64,000 nucleotides of DNA from NCBI RefSeq assembly GCF_964188315.1, contig NC_135656.1, forward strand, positions 114,514,001-114,578,000, in the 5' to 3' direction. Under the pieces are notes generated by a model, which was not told the origin of the DNA, ran no database searches, and saw only the letters and a program-made list of their open reading frames with translations. Positions within the stretch are counted from its first letter, which is position 1, and each line of letters starts with the position of its first letter. The stretch comes from Podarcis muralis (lineage: Eukaryota). Both the position numbers and the translations under genes were made by a program. Shown here piece after piece: positions 10,767 to 22,542 of the stretch.

Positions 10767-11453
10767 CCAGGTGGCCTCCCTGCTGCTCCTCCGGGGGCGG
10801 GCTCTCAAACATGGCTTCCCCGTCACTCAGGCCTTTGTAGACGGCGCCGCCCACGTGAACCCTCTGGTGCTTGGTGAGGTACGGCCTCCATCGGAAGCTC
10901 TCGCCGCACTGCAGGCACTTGTAAGGCTTCTCCCCGGTGTGGATGCGCAGGTGCTCAGTGAGGGTGGAGCGGCGGTTGAAGCTGCGCCCGCACTTGGGGC
11001 ACTCGTAGGGCTTCTCCCCCGTGTGGATGCGCCGGTGGGCGCTGAGGTGGGAGCTCTGGATAAAGCGCTTGCCACAGGCCAGGCATTCGTAGGGCTTCTC
11101 GCCCGTGTGGGTCCTCCAGTGCAGCAGGAACTCGGACTTGCAGTGGAACCACCGGTCGCATTCAGGGCACATCAGCTTCTTGCGCCCCACGTGGAACATG
11201 CTGCGTTTCGAACTCGCCGCCCGCAGGTGCCGCGACGGCTCCCGCCACACTGTCCCCGGAGGCATCTCCCACGGCCTCTGCAGCCCGCAGCGGCTCTCCG
11301 AGTTCAGGGGGTCGAGCCCCGGCGGAGAGCCCAACAAAGTCCACTGGGGCTCCGCTCGGTCCAAGATTTCTCGTTCGGGAACCTCTTCTTTGATCTCCCG
11401 CACGATTACCTCGCTCGCCGGGATGGTGGGAGAATTCAAATAAACGTCGTTCC
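10767..11453 (-). CDS. KRAB-ZNF gene, first C2H2 exon (4 fingers)
   Basis: Acceptor ctctctccctctcag|GG AAC (phase 1); 4 C2H2 fingers; donor CACCTGG|GTGAGC phase 1; 687 nt. Confidence 0.9.
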
Positions 11454-11524
11454 CTGAGAGGGAGAGAGAAAGTGGTCTGACGGGAGAATGCAAGGCTAAG
11501 GCTGGAAAAGTGAGTCTCTGCCTG

Positions 11525-12005
11525 ATTTACAGAATTGTAGAAGGACCACAAGGATTATCTCATCCCAGCCCCTGCAATGCAGGAAATCTTTCGCCCAATG
11601 TATCTGAAGGAGCATCTCCACCCCCATCGTTCTGCTCGGACACTGAGGTCCAGCGCCGAGAGCCTTCTGGTAGTTCCCTAACTGCGAGAAGCCAAGTTAC
11701 AGGGAACCAGGCAGAGGGCCTTCTCGGTAGTGGCACCCGCCCTGTGGAACGCCCTCCCACCAGATGTCAAAGAGAACAACAACTACCAGACTTTTAGAAG
11801 ACATCTGAAGGCAACTCTGTATTGGGAAGCTTTTAATGTTTAACAGACCACTGTATTTTAATACTTTGTTGGAAGCCGTCCAGGGTGGCTGGGGAGACCC
11901 AGCCAGATGGGCGGGGTATAAATAATAAAATATTATTATTAATGTGGGGCTCGAACCCACAACCCTGAGATTAAGATTCTCATGCTCTACCGACTGAGCT
12001 ATCCC
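11525..12005 (-). mobile_element. tRNA(Lys)-derived short SINE split by an L2 3' fragment (11602-11935)
   Basis: Head gggatagctcagtcggtagagcatgaga...gttcgagccccacatt at 11941-12005; tail cctgcattgcagggg resumes below 11600. Confidence 0.7.
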
Positions 12006-14207
12006 TCTCTGGACTTGCCCACTTCCTAACTACCCTCAGTGCTGTGAGCAGTTCTGCTATATTCATTCATCAGACGTTCAAGCACTCCTGATATACAAAA
12101 ACAGCACGATTACCCGCTCTCAAAGGGGTGACCTGTTGCGTCTCTAAATGAGTCCTTTCTCGGCACTTGCTCCCTTCTTAATTGGCCTCTTTAAGTGTGC
12201 AACTTGATTTCTCAGCATCAGGGATGAAGAGAGCATTTTACTGTGCCGATGAACAGACACAGCACCGTAAAAGGGGGTTGGCTATTGCATCTCTGAATGA
12301 GCAATAATTTCTGGAAAGGTCTCCTAATTAGTGTAAATGGAATTCTTTTGCATCTCTACGTTCAGGATCCACATGGAAAGAGAATGCATGTGAGGGAACA
12401 TGCTGTCACTCCCTGTACAGAGGAAGGTGTTGTATCTCTGAATGAGTCCTTGCTCTGATGTTTTTTCTTTCAAGCTGTAGAAATATTGCTTTTTCAGTTG
12501 CAGGAATGAAACGCTAGCAGAAGTTTGAGAAATCCTGCTCTATCCCCTACACCACACTGCCTCTCTATGCATTAATATATGTATGCAAAATTCTAAATCT
12601 CAGGCAATGCATAAAACCTGCCCTCAGTCCTTCTTAAGGAAACATGAAGGAATTGTGCCTGGCATGCAAATCAGTGCAACTCCACCTCTTCCCGATTTAC
12701 ATAATCCCCAACTGAGGAGTCTGCTGGGGCAGCTCATGCATTTCAATGGGGTCTGCTTTTCACCTACTGCCCTATTGTCATTTGCATGAAAATTGATGCC
12801 AGAACCGCTTTTCCAATTGCATCCATTATAAATCACACTGGTATTCAGAGAGAAGCCTTTTGTACAGTTTCCCCCAAGTTGCTCTGGGCACCCTGAAATA
12901 ACCATTCTAGGCACGCTTTGGGTGGCATCAACCGGAAGCCTCAGAGGCCCAATTGTGTTTTTCCACCCCTTTTTGTGAAGGTGGCTTTCCCTGCCCTTAG
13001 GAAACTGTAAGGCGAAACTACCAACAAGCCTGCTGTTTTGCGAAGTGGGGCCATAAAAAAACAACAACCCAAGGCATGCACATACACTTCTATTCCCCAA
13101 ACTCACAGAACCGGCCCAACCATTAGGGAGAGTGAGGCAGTCACCCCAGGCAGCTGATTTTGGGTGTCCTGACAAAGTTAATACTGTAATGCAGAAGGAG
13201 GGGCACTTGCAGGGTTTTCTGCTTTAGCTGCCAATATATGGCTTAACCTTGTCCAAGGGTAGCTGCGGAGAAAATTGCTATTTTTGCCTCAGGCAGCAAA
13301 ATGTGTTTGGCTGGCCCTGTCGGGACCCCTTTTTTGAAGGTTGTAACCAACCCTAGGCAGGGACCTGTTTTATCCTCCTACAAGTACTAACTTAGTACTA
13401 CTACTGCTACTACTCAATGGATTCTGCAGACTGTCCATTGAGCCTCGGTTGTCAAACGTTGCGGAAGTCAAATGGTCTTCTGGAGCGGATTACGTTCGAA
13501 AACCGAGATACCACTGTAATATTAGTAGTGGTAGTTCCAGCATGAGGTCAGTACTCTTCAAGGCAGGTACCTAAATTTTATACTACTGGTAGTAGTAGTA
13601 TTCTACTATTGCTACTGCTACTACTCATAGCAGTAGTAGTTCCAGCACAATGAGGGCAGAACTACATGCTCCCACGTGCTTCCAACAACCTGTTCCCTCT
13701 GGTGTGGGCTTTTGGCAGGGTGGAACTTGATGGGAAGGACACAAGCCTTTTACCTGATTCTTCATCCACTCATGCCCTATCCCTAAACAGTTTCTTTACC
13801 TTGACATACTTATTCCCGATATCACTGCCTACCTGAATCCGAAACCCCACCATTTTGGTAACAATACCAGGATTGAGACAGGCAGAGAGGCGTTATGCTC
13901 CCGGTATTCCATCAAGGAAATACCGTATTTTTCGCTCTATAACATGCACCCGACCATAACACGCACATAGTTTTTAGAGGAGGAAAATCCGTAGGCATGC
14001 CACCCGTAGGCATTCCCTCCATAACACGCACAGACATTTCCCCTTACTTTCTAGGAGGAAAAAAGTGAGTGTTATGGTGCAAAAAATATGGTACTATTTG
14101 TCACCCGCATTGTCATATTTCAGCTGGAAGCACCCAAAGACAAGGCCCTCCTCATTTGCAATTGCATTGCACCCATTTGTAATGCCGCTGGGAACCTCCC
14201 ATCTCAC

Positions 14208-14321
14208 CTTGGCAGGCGCTGATGGAGACCTTTTTGTCCTCCATAGCCTGGGGGTTGGAGATCCATGGCTCTTGCCCTCGTTCCAGCCGGGAGATCAACT
14301 CGGGTTTAGGAATTGGAATGG
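14208..14321 (-). CDS. KRAB-B exon (AIPIPKPELISRLERGQEPWISNPQAMEDKKVSISACQ)
   Basis: 114 nt, phase 1-1; donor CAAG|GTGAGA; KPELISRLERGQEPW motif; the acceptor is an atypical GAG. Confidence 0.85.
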
Positions 14322-15279
14322 CTCCATTGTCCCAAAAAAAGAGGGGGGATCAAAAGCTCCCATTAAATGGATATCAGGTTGCAACCGCTAGGAACATTGG
14401 CACATTTCAGAACATTTCATTCAATGAGTTTTGCTCAGTTTTTACTGCAGAAAAACACTAATAAGAACATGAAGGAGAAGAGAAGGTCTGGATCCCAGGC
14501 AAAGGGTCTCAGCTGGTTGCAATGCCAACTCTGGCTAGCTGTGCCAAGGCTCTCTTTTTTACAAACAAACAAAGTTCTCGAACGCCTGATGGAAACGTGG
14601 TTTGGCTGCACCAGACCAGAGACAAAAATACTGGGGAGAATCAGAGACTCAGACCCTTCTCTTTAATGTACTAGTTATTTGTTTTTAACCGCACGGAGGA
14701 GCATTTAATCAAGGTCAAGTCTCCCCACTCCTCTGCTAGCTGCAGCCTGACACAGGATTACAGACCCAACACATCTGGTGTGTTGCAAGAACTGGAAGTG
14801 CCTTTTCAGAGGCACGCTTCTTCTGGCATTTATGAAAATTATTTCGAAACGTTTGTATTTTTAAAAAGCAAGATTGGAAACTGTAACCAGCATTGCATGG
14901 GGAGTTGGGGGGTGGGAAGAGAACCTTTCCAATGAACCAGGGTTGTGAGCGTTTAAGATTTAGGAATGAATTAGACGTAACCCATGTTCTTGCCAAGGGT
15001 GTGACATGGCAAGGTCTCAAGACGGAGGTGTCCTAGACGCAAGCAGAAATAAAGCGGGAACCTTCCATGTGCAAAGTGTATGCTCAGCTAATGGGACACT
15101 CGGCTAAGAACAGAGGAAGAGCTCTGTAAGATTAGAACATAGCTGTCAGCTTTTCCCTTTTCTTGCGAGGAATCCTATTCGGAATAAAGGAATTTCCCTT
15201 TAAAAAAGGGAAACATTGACAGCTATGGATTAGAACCAAAATGGGGCTACGAAGAATTAAGAGGGGGGAGGGGTTATTA

Positions 15280-15594
<315 letters not shown>

Positions 15595-16059
15595 TTAAAC
15601 TACAAAAGTGCTATTGTGTCCCACCACACACACACACCCCAGTTCCATTCTCTACCTGTACTGGCTCCGTGGCAACCATCTCTCTTCCCCCAGGAGGAGG
15701 AAATGTTCCAAAGACAAACACACACATCATTTTGCCAAAATCTGTCGGGGAGAAAAGGGGGATGTCAGAAAAGAACTTGGCTTGGCTCGGACAGCCACCC
15801 GCCAGGGATTCCTTTAGTTGTGATTCATGCCTTGCAGGGGGAAGACCCTTGCAACGCCATAATTCCCCCCTCTCTTTACTACTGCAACCATTTTTTGTTT
15901 TGAAAAAGGAACACCAACAGGGTTTTGCTTTCAGCCCCATCCCGCATACTCAGCCCTCTCCAAATATTCTAAACTCAGCATCTTTTACATTTCCTTTCCC
16001 CACCCAACTTATTTCACTGCACCAAACTTAATCATTTTCTGGAAGGCCACCCTTCACAT

Positions 16060-16700
16060 GATTTTAGAAAGGAATCGCGCCCGTGTTTCCCTACATGACA
16101 GGCGCGCAAACTTTTCCTCCGGCCGCCTGCTCTTCCCCCCATCCTCCAAATCCGTTTCTCCAGCCCCACATACCCGGGACGGTCGCCTTTTGCAGGCTGG
16201 CTCTCTCTCCTGCTGCAGACGCATTAAACTAGGCTTGGGGCCAGTACCTGCGGGGCTCCGTCGCCTTTTGCAAGGAGGGGAGAGGAAGGGAAAAGAGGAG
16301 GGAGGAACTGCCACGGGAGAATCCCGTCCGCGCTGCCGGCTCCCCCTTTGCGCAAGCGGCCTGTCCGGAGCGCGCTCCTCCCGGGGACTCGGCCGGCCTC
16401 CCTCCGCCTAGGCGGGCTGCAGCCCCGGCGCCCGGGAGCCCCAGCTCTCCATCTCCATAGACGCCGCTGACCGGATCTCGCCGCGGCTGCTCCAGGAAGC
16501 TCTGCCCACCGCCGCCGAGGCGCCCGGCGGAGACGGGAAGAGGGAAGAGCGGAGCCTCGGCGAGGCGCCGGAGCAGAGCCGCCTGGCGGTGGGACGCGCA
16601 CACGGGAAGGCGCCGGAGAGACCTCGCATCGCACGGCTGCCTGCGCCTGGGAGAGCAAGCGGGGGATCGGCAGCAAAGTGTTGCAGTGCAGGGAGGGTGC
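16060..16700 (-). promoter_or_regulatory. CpG island; probable promoter/first exon(s) of the KRAB-ZNF gene
   Basis: Very GC/CpG-rich; minus-strand donor CAG|GTACTG at 16247; start codon not resolved. Confidence 0.6.
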
Positions 16701-17161
16701 CGCTGCTCAGGGTTGCAGCCAGCCATAACCTTTTTTCAAGATACTCCATTGTATACCCCTTTCTCCCCAGTTTCCTGTTTCCGTCCCACTCCGCACAGCC
16801 AATCTGCTTTCTGAATATCCTCCTGTTATTATGGGCACCTGCAACAAAATGCTGCAGCGTGAAATGATCCCCATTCACTAGGCCACTGCATTCATTCCTG
16901 CCCAACTGGATTTCTGTACTCCCCCCACATTCCACAATAATCACCATTTTGTGACTACTTGCCCTCCCCAACTCACAACTTTTTTTATTATTAAAGGAAT
17001 ATATATTGTTACTCGTCAGTTTGTGGGTGATGCAAAACGCTGGGTTTTCGCTGAAAAACTAGTCGTTGCTGGTTTGAAGTGACCTGGACACTGTTGGATT
17101 TTGGGGTGTTAACTACGAACCCCGTGTTTCAATTACTGGGAGTGGCCTCTGAGACCATATA

Positions 17162-17790
17162 CTTCTTCTTTGGCGATCACTCATAGCTGAATAAGATTGT
17201 CTTTCATAATCAAGGTTTTAACAATGAGCCAATTCTGGATCCACATGTCCTTCCACAGTGGGGACATTGGTTTCCAGACAGGAGTTAATCACTGTGTGGA
17301 TTTGCCAAGCGTGCCTTCCTCTTAGCACATTTCTCCTTTGCGTCCTGAGTTTGAGTGTCTTCAAAGCCCATGACAGCTTTGGTAAAGGCTGTTCTCCAAC
17401 TGGAGCGCTCACAGGCAAGTGCTTCCCAATTGTCAGTGTTTATACTACATTTTTAAAAATTTGCCTTGAAACAGTCTTTAAACCTCTTTTGTTGACCACC
17501 AGCATTACGCTTTCCATTTTTAAGTTTGGAATAGAGTAGTTGCTTTGGAAGACGATAACCAGGCATCTGCAGAACATGACCAGTCCAACAAAGTTGATGT
17601 TGAAGAATCATTGCTTCAACACTGGTTACCTTTGCTTCTTCCATTACACTGGTATTAGTTCGCCTGTCTTCCCAAGTGATGTGTAATTTTTTTTCGGAGA
17701 CACCATTGATGGAATCTTTCAAGGACCTGGAGATGGCGTTTATAAGTGATCCATGTTTCACAAGCATACAGTAAGGTTGGTAGGAGCATA
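17162..17790 (-). mobile_element. RTE-clade LINE, 5'-truncated
   Basis: LLPTLLYACE...HITWEDRRTN..V.EEA..TSVEAMI..HQL.WTGHV.QMP..RLPKQLLYS.L..GKR..GGQ.KRFKD; (GAA)n tail at 17162. Confidence 0.85.
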
Positions 17791-17959
17791 CTGAAGCTCT
17801 AGGACGGAAGTTACAGTAACCTTGCTCTTTGCTTTCAGCCTACTCATATTAAAGAGCTTTCCATCTGTTCAATATATGATTTCTACTCTGGTGGGGAGTT
17901 TCCCTTCAGCAAAGTGTTGGATCATGGCAATGAAAATAATGAATAGAATGCGCCAGGCA

Positions 17960-19052
17960 CATGATTTTGAGGGGGTGCGAGACAGGCGCCCCCTTGCAGG
18001 GATCCCACCCCGCCTGGTGCCAGGGGTCTTGCCACCACACCCCTGGCCCCCTCACGGAATGGCAGTGTTGGGGGGAGCACTAGCCAAGGGCTGCATCAGA
18101 AACCTGATATGGAAAGGTGGGGTAAGTTAAAAGCATCTTGGTTAGATGGTATCCCTTCCAACACTACATTTCTATGATTCTACGAAAAGCGAAGATCAGT
18201 GCAATAAGCATGACAATACTGCCAAGTTTTTTGGTTTTGTTTCTTTCTCTTCCTCTCTTGGTTGACTTGAGGGAATTGAAAAGCTGACAGAAAAGTATGG
18301 ATAATTTTATTTGGCAAAGTAAGTTTCCCAGAGTGGATAATACTATGCAAACTGTCCCACAGAAGAGAGGATTGGCAGTACCTGATTTAGCTAAGTAGTG
18401 TGAACCTGCTTGGCTAACTTTGTTAAATATATCTCAAGAAAAGGAACTCTTTCAGTTGGAAGAGTTATCCATAAATTCCCCACTGGCCAAGATACTAGGG
18501 ATACCTAGGAAAGACAGAGGAGACCTCATGAATTTTCATCAGAACATTTAAAATAAAAAAGAACGGAACTTAAGATTGGAAAATAATGGAAAGAAACCAG
18601 AATTGTTAGATGCATCCATACCTATCCAAAACTTTGGCATATGCTAGGCAGATTCACCCCAGAGGGCATCCATTGCAGGGGCTGATGGGTCTTCATTACA
18701 GGGCCTGTGGTAGGCAGTGAATTCCATTCTCACTTACCTCTTTTCCCTTCTAGGATGTTAGAAGAACTTTGCAGAGGTAAGGGGATCCTGCTCATCTCCA
18801 GTAATATCACTCCCTGAAACTTCACAGGTAAACTGGGAAAGAATATAATATGAAGATTATAAAGTGGAATAGAAATGAAATGAATACTAATGATAATACT
18901 GCACAGTATCTAGATTTGCCACACGATCAGCAAACTCTGTGATGGCTGCCCCACTCAGTCCCACTCAGTCCCACACAGACACCTGTCCCATGGACCATCT
19001 GTGGGACTATTCCACAGAGTCCCACACAGTTACCTGTCACCAGAGTACATGG
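17960..19052 (+). pseudogene. Orphan TRIM relic: 23-nt exon 4 (18754-18776) with flanking introns
   Basis: Exon GATGTTAGAAGAACTTTGCAGAG identical to 28463-28485; 17970-18140 matches 27605-27795 and 18740-19050 matches 28450-28740; no other exons found nearby. Confidence 0.75.
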
Positions 19053-19078
19053 TTATTTGGGAGGTATATGATATTCAG

Positions 19079-19846
19079 AGGGACACGGGTGGCACTGTGG
19101 TCTAAACCTCAGTGCCTAGGACTTGCTGGTCGCATGGTCGGCGGTTCGAATCCCCACGACGGGGTGAGCTCCCGTCGTTCGGTCCCAGCTCCTGCCCACC
19201 TAGCAGTTCGAAAGCACCCCTAAGTGCAAGTAGATAAATAGGTACCGCTTTATAGCGGGAAGGTAAACGGCGTTCCATGCGCTGCGCTGGTGCTGGCTCG
19301 CCAGAGCAGCTTCGTCACGCTGGCCACGTGACCCAGAAGTGTCTTCGGACAGCGCTGGCTCCCAGCCTCTTAAGCGAGATGAGCACGCAACCCCAGAGTC
19401 GGTCACGACTGGCCCGTACGGGCAGGGGTACCTTTACCTTTACCTATGATATCCAGAGACACAGGTGGCGCTGTGGTCTAAACCACTGAGCCTCTTGGGC
19501 TTGCTGATCGGAAGGTCGAGGGTTTGAATCCCTGCGAAAGGGTAAGCTCCCATTGCTCTCTCCCAGCTCCTGCAAACCCAGCACTTCAAAAGCACGCCAG
19601 TACAAGTAGATAAAAAGGTACTGCTGTGGTGGAAAAGTAAACAGCATTTTTGTTCGCTCTGGTTTCCATCACGGTGTAATGTTGCGCCAGAAGCGGTTTA
19701 GTCATACTGGCCACATGACCCGGAAAGCTGTCTGTGGACAAATGCTGGCTCCCTCGGCCTGAAAGCGAGATGAGTGCCACAAGCCCATAGTTGCCTTTGA
19801 GTGGACTTAATCATCCAGGGGTCCTTTACCTTTTTTTTTTTTACCT
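19079..19846 (+). mobile_element. Two tandem Sauria-type SINEs (about 19079-19444 and 19458-19846)
   Basis: Family sequence twice, separated by the duplicated target tatgatat(t/c)cagag. Confidence 0.88.
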
Positions 19847-20311
19847 ATATTAAAGCCAAAAAAAATTATGAAACTGTATTAAAGAAAAGCTCCAAAACAT
19901 CCCTGGCAGGCTGTTGAGGGACCCCTTCAGACTGGGGGGCTTTTGTGGGTGTCTGTTGCAAGATGTCATTGATGCAATAATAGTACATGGATTACTCCAT
20001 GAGTGGTCATGGATTCATGCTGGACCATCTATGCAGCTATACTTTCGTAGCTTTCTGAGCACTACTCCATTATTGCCATTTGGAGGGGCACTCTTGGGCT
20101 GTAATGGAGTAAAAGGGGACCAAAAGAAAAACCCACAACAGAACATTTCTGGTATGAAAAGTTACAGTAGAAAGTAACAGTACACGGACTGATCAGAAAT
20201 GAAGCAGTTAATATGAAGACTGCAAACATTTGTGGGCACAATTAGTATTGAAACTGAGATTGTATAGACTTTCCAGGTAGCATCATGCACAGAAATCACA
20301 AATACACAATA

Positions 20312-20727
20312 CAGTGGTACCTCGCAAGACGAATGCCTCGCAAGACAAAAAACTCGCTAGACGAAAGGTTTTTCCGTTTTCGATTTGCCTCGCAAGACGA
20401 ATTTCCCCTATGGGCTTGCTTCGCAAGACGAAAACGTCTCGCGACTTTGTTTTCTTTGTCTAAAAACAAAGACATGTTTTGTTTATAAAGTTAATTTATT
20501 TTCCCTTCAATTTTTGAACTGCTCTTTACAGTATGTGTGACTTTAAAGAGCAGTTAATAAACTGTTGTTGTACCAAATTTGGCTTTGTTTGGACTTTTTT
20601 TGACCATAGGAACGCATTAATTGATTTTCAATGCATTCCTATGGGATTTCGTGCTTCGCAAGACGAAAAATTCGCTAGACGACAAAAATTGCGGAACGAA
20701 TTAATTTCGTCTTGCGGGGCACCACTG
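20312..20727. mobile_element. Tc1/mariner-type MITE
   Basis: TA|cagtggtacctcgcaag...cttgcggggcaccactg|TA; same family as 9834-10168. Confidence 0.85.
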
Positions 20728-20879
20728 TAAATGGAATATGTATAAATCCTGGGAGTGTTTGCATTCTGTGCTGGAGAGGGATGATTGCTGAGAGCTCCAA
20801 CTCTGGGTGAATGTAGGCTGAGGCTGTAGAGCATCATAGTAAAAAAAGAGAGAAAAAACCCATTCTACCCACTGTTTTA

Positions 20880-21350
20880 ATATATTCAAAGCTGGCATCC
20901 ATCTTTCTTGGGATGCAGTGGAGGAGTGCGTCTCTGGGTGAGGTCAAGCTTGTGGGAAGATTGCAGCGTCTGCTGTGGCTGTAGAGACCAATGCAGGAGA
21001 GACATGTTTTGTGTCAGCTGGGGCAGATGAAGGTGTCTAGTTGTGCTGCTACAGATGAACCAGGGCATTTCATCTCTGTATGCTCCTCCTAGCAGTCATT
21101 CCTTCTCTGGCCGCTGCTGTGGATACATGACCTGTCTGTCTCTAGGCACTGCAATCACCTGCAAGGTATTTCAAAATGCCGGGTTGATATTGTCAGCCTT
21201 CGTGTCATGTTTGCAGGCATCTTTGAAATGCAGAGTTGGTCCGCCAGTGGGCCTGTTGCCTGAAGCCAGCTCCCCACAAGATGAGATCTCGGAGCAGAGC
21301 AGGGAAATTCATATTTCCAGGCCAGGAAGAGAGAGCGGTCTCTGCTAAGC
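20880..21350 (-). mobile_element. Degenerate RTE LINE 3' fragment
   Basis: Minus frame gives GELASGNRPTGGPTLHFKDACKHD.KA.NINPA, typical of the RTE RT C-terminus. Confidence 0.65.
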
Positions 21351-21591
21351 ACTTCTTTCTTGAAGCAAAGACTGCTCCCCGACAATGACAGTGATTTGCA
21401 TTCTCTTATTCATTCATAGAAGAATTTACACCCGCTAAGGACAACATGCTACCACAGTATACAGGCATGGAAAGCAATGCAAAGCAACTGAGGCTGCTCA
21501 AAACACCGCTAAGCAGCTGTGCCGGCCTGCTAGGATAAAAACAGCAACAGCCAAGCACATCAGCCCTAAGATGGCGAGTCATTTGCAGACA

Positions 21592-21630
21592 GGGAAACTC
21601 CCACAGACTGAGAACTGAGAAAGTGAAAGT
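21592..21630 (+). promoter_or_regulatory. NF-kB-like site (21592-21601) and IRF-E/ISRE (21619-21630)
   Basis: GGGAAACTCC fits GGGRNNYYCC; GAAAGTGAAAGT; about 30 bp upstream of the RING-stub ATG. Confidence 0.6.
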
Positions 21631-21660
21631 CAGTTGTTCCTTCACTGTGAGGCAGCAGCC

Positions 21661-21756
21661 ATGGCTGGTTCTGGGGGTCCCGTCCAGGATCTCTGTGCTG
21701 AAGCCACCTGTCCCATCTGCCTGGATTACTTCAAGGATCCTGTGACCATTGGATGA
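21661..21756 (+). pseudogene. Truncated TRIM 5' relic (MAGSGGPVQDLCAEATCPICLDYFKDPVTIG*)
   Basis: Homologous to the start of the TRIM at 38899; stops mid-RING; downstream sequence unrelated. Confidence 0.85.
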
Positions 21757-22268
21757 AGGTTAAGAAGTTAAAACCCTAAAACTAGGGGTTGGGAGAAATT
21801 TTACTGAGTCCACGCCTCCCTAGTTCCAAAAAAAATAGAACTGCTATGTTGGAAGGGACCCCAAATGTTATCTAGTCCAACCCCTTGAACGGAATCATAA
21901 CTAATGGCACTTTATAGATCAATAAGCAAGCTGAATCACAGCCACCCATTCACATTTGTACTTCTCTGAATTTTCCTAGTGCACTTTTCCAGTCAAGTAA
22001 TGTGTACAAGAATGTAATACATTTTGTATGTTATTTTCACTAATATCCATGCTTTCATGTACATTTAGTTATGATATAGTGGTAGTTGTGTCTAATTTCT
22101 TTTTGTTGCTGCTGCCTGGCCATATTTCAGGGTGTGTGTGTGTGTAAGGAAGACTACCCAAAGATAGAAAAAAAGATTGCAATTTTTCCTGGGTAAAGTC
22201 TTGATCCAGAACAATACATAGGATAAAATAGGTCTCAGAGGCTAACCCCATTGATGTCACACTAAACT

Positions 22269-22542
22269 AGGGCTGCCATACTTCAAAAAGAAAAGCTGTT
22301 GAGCTTTTTTTGGCCAAAGTTTTGGAGCTTTTTTTCTTTTTTCTTTTTTTCTTTGTGCCAAATGGCTAAGAAATTGGACATTTTTGAACTACTTCTGAAG
22401 GAAATCAGCAAAAATGACTTCGCCGACATGGGCTGCCATACATCTGGATTTTCTCAGATATTTCAACGATTTTTGCCTTGACACTGCTTCTGGCCGCAAT
22501 ATTCCAGATATGCCCGGAAATTCTGGACGTATGGCAGTCCTA
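22269..22542. mobile_element. MITE with tagggctgccatac / gtatggcagtccta terminal inverted repeats
   Basis: 14-bp near-perfect TIR. Confidence 0.6.

Noticed and set aside
11941-12005. tRNA-Lys(CUU) gene
   Set aside because: No acceptor stem, altered anticodon loop, and it continues into a SINE tail; the similar copy at about 6765-6828 is more decayed
16054-16971. Several 90-190 aa ORFs in the CpG island
   Set aside because: Stop-poor GC-rich sequence, no domain similarity; none gives an ATG in the phase needed for the KRAB-A exon
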